Part shown: positions 63,101 to 64,000 of the stretch, one piece after another | Numbering within the stretch: position 1 is the stretch's first letter | Layout: every line of letters begins with the position of its first letter | Source: Eledone cirrhosa | Lineage: Eukaryota | Direction: 5' to 3' | DNA length: 64,000 nt | NCBI GenBank assembly: GCA_964016885.1 | Contig: OZ024747.1 | Span: 75,888,001-75,952,000 of the forward strand | Made by a program: the position numbers and the translations under genes | Notes under the pieces: generated by a model | Seen by the model: the letters and a program-made list of their open reading frames with translations, nothing else | Told to the model about the DNA's origin: nothing | The model's database searches: none

Positions 63101-64000
63101 CTAACAATAGTATAACTATGGTGATAACTACGACTACTAACAGTAGTATAACTATGGTGATAACTACGACGACTAACATTAGTATAACTATGGTGATAAC
63201 TACGACGACTAACAATAGTATAACTATGGTGATAACTACGATTATTAACAGTAGTATAACTATGGTGATAACTACGATTACTAACAGTAGTTTAACTATG
63301 GTTATAACTACGACTACTAACACTAGTTTACCTATGGTGATAACTACGACTACTAACAGTAGTTTAACTATGGGTATAACTACGACTACTAACAGTAGTA
63401 TAAATATGGTGATAACTACGACTACTAACAGTAGTTTAACTATGGTGATAACTACGACTACTAACAGTAGTATAACTATGGTGATAACTACGACTACTAA
63501 CAGTAGTATAACTATGGTGATAACTACGACTACTAACAATAGTATAACTATGGTGATAACTACGATTACTAACAGTAGTATAACTATGGTGATAACTACG
63601 ACTACTAACAGTAGTATAACTATGGTGATAACTACGACTACTAACAGTAGTTTAACTATGCTGATAACTACGACTACTAACAGTAGTATAACTATGGTAA
63701 TAACTACGATTACTAACAGTAGTTTAACTATTGTGATAACTACGACTACTAACAGTAGTTTAACTATGGTGATAACTACGACTACTAACAGTAGTATAAC
63801 TATGGTGATAACTACGACTACTAACAGTAGTTTAACTATGATGATAACTACTACTACTAACAATAGTATAACTATGGTGATAACTACGACTACTAACAGT
63901 AGTATAACTATGGTGATAACTATGACTACTAACAGTAGTTTAACTATGGTGATAACTACGACTACTAACAGTAGTTTAACTATGGGGATAACTACGACTA
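51140..64000. repeat. 36-bp satellite, about 355 copies within the window, running off the end
   Basis: Unit ataactatggtg ataactacgact actaacagtagt. The left edge 51140-51360 is degenerate, and higher-order blocks begin at about 54400. Confidence 0.99.

Noticed and set aside
51085-64000. Giant Thr-rich mucin-like ORFs (493 aa, 1795 aa) and antisense hydrophobic ORFs
   Set aside because: These are translations of the 36-bp satellite. The consensus codons are mostly two changes from a stop, so openness is expected. Frameshifts occur at about 52553 and 57933, and there is no non-repetitive domain.

Overview
Repeat-dominated animal genomic DNA, probably intronic or intergenic. The SINE set and the extreme (TA)n/(CA)n load suggest a cephalopod such as Octopus, but that is inference. 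No host gene can be identified with confidence. The window holds three Penelope-like retroelements (PLEs; RT plus C-terminal GIY-YIG, Naiad-like Cys motifs) and about ten short PLE pseudo-LTR remnants, most of them fold-back palindromes sitting in (TA)n/(ATT)n tracts. It also holds two 5'-truncated CR1-group LINEs, decayed RTE fragments, many tRNA-derived SINEs, several minisatellites and a >12.8 kb 36-bp satellite with higher-order structure. Main points from reading the sequence: (1) at least nine unrelated hammerhead-ribozyme sequence contexts, folded by eye, with canonical and variant cores and some very long stem II insertions; (2) two copies of one PLE family, one retaining and one having precisely lost a 751-nt GT-AG intron; (3) truncation and inversion points that cluster at hammerhead stem II; (4) a LINE-filled and a LINE-empty copy of the same microsatellite block side by side. 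Nearly all long ORFs in the track (YIYI, TMVITT, LLEIGRD) are repeat artefacts.
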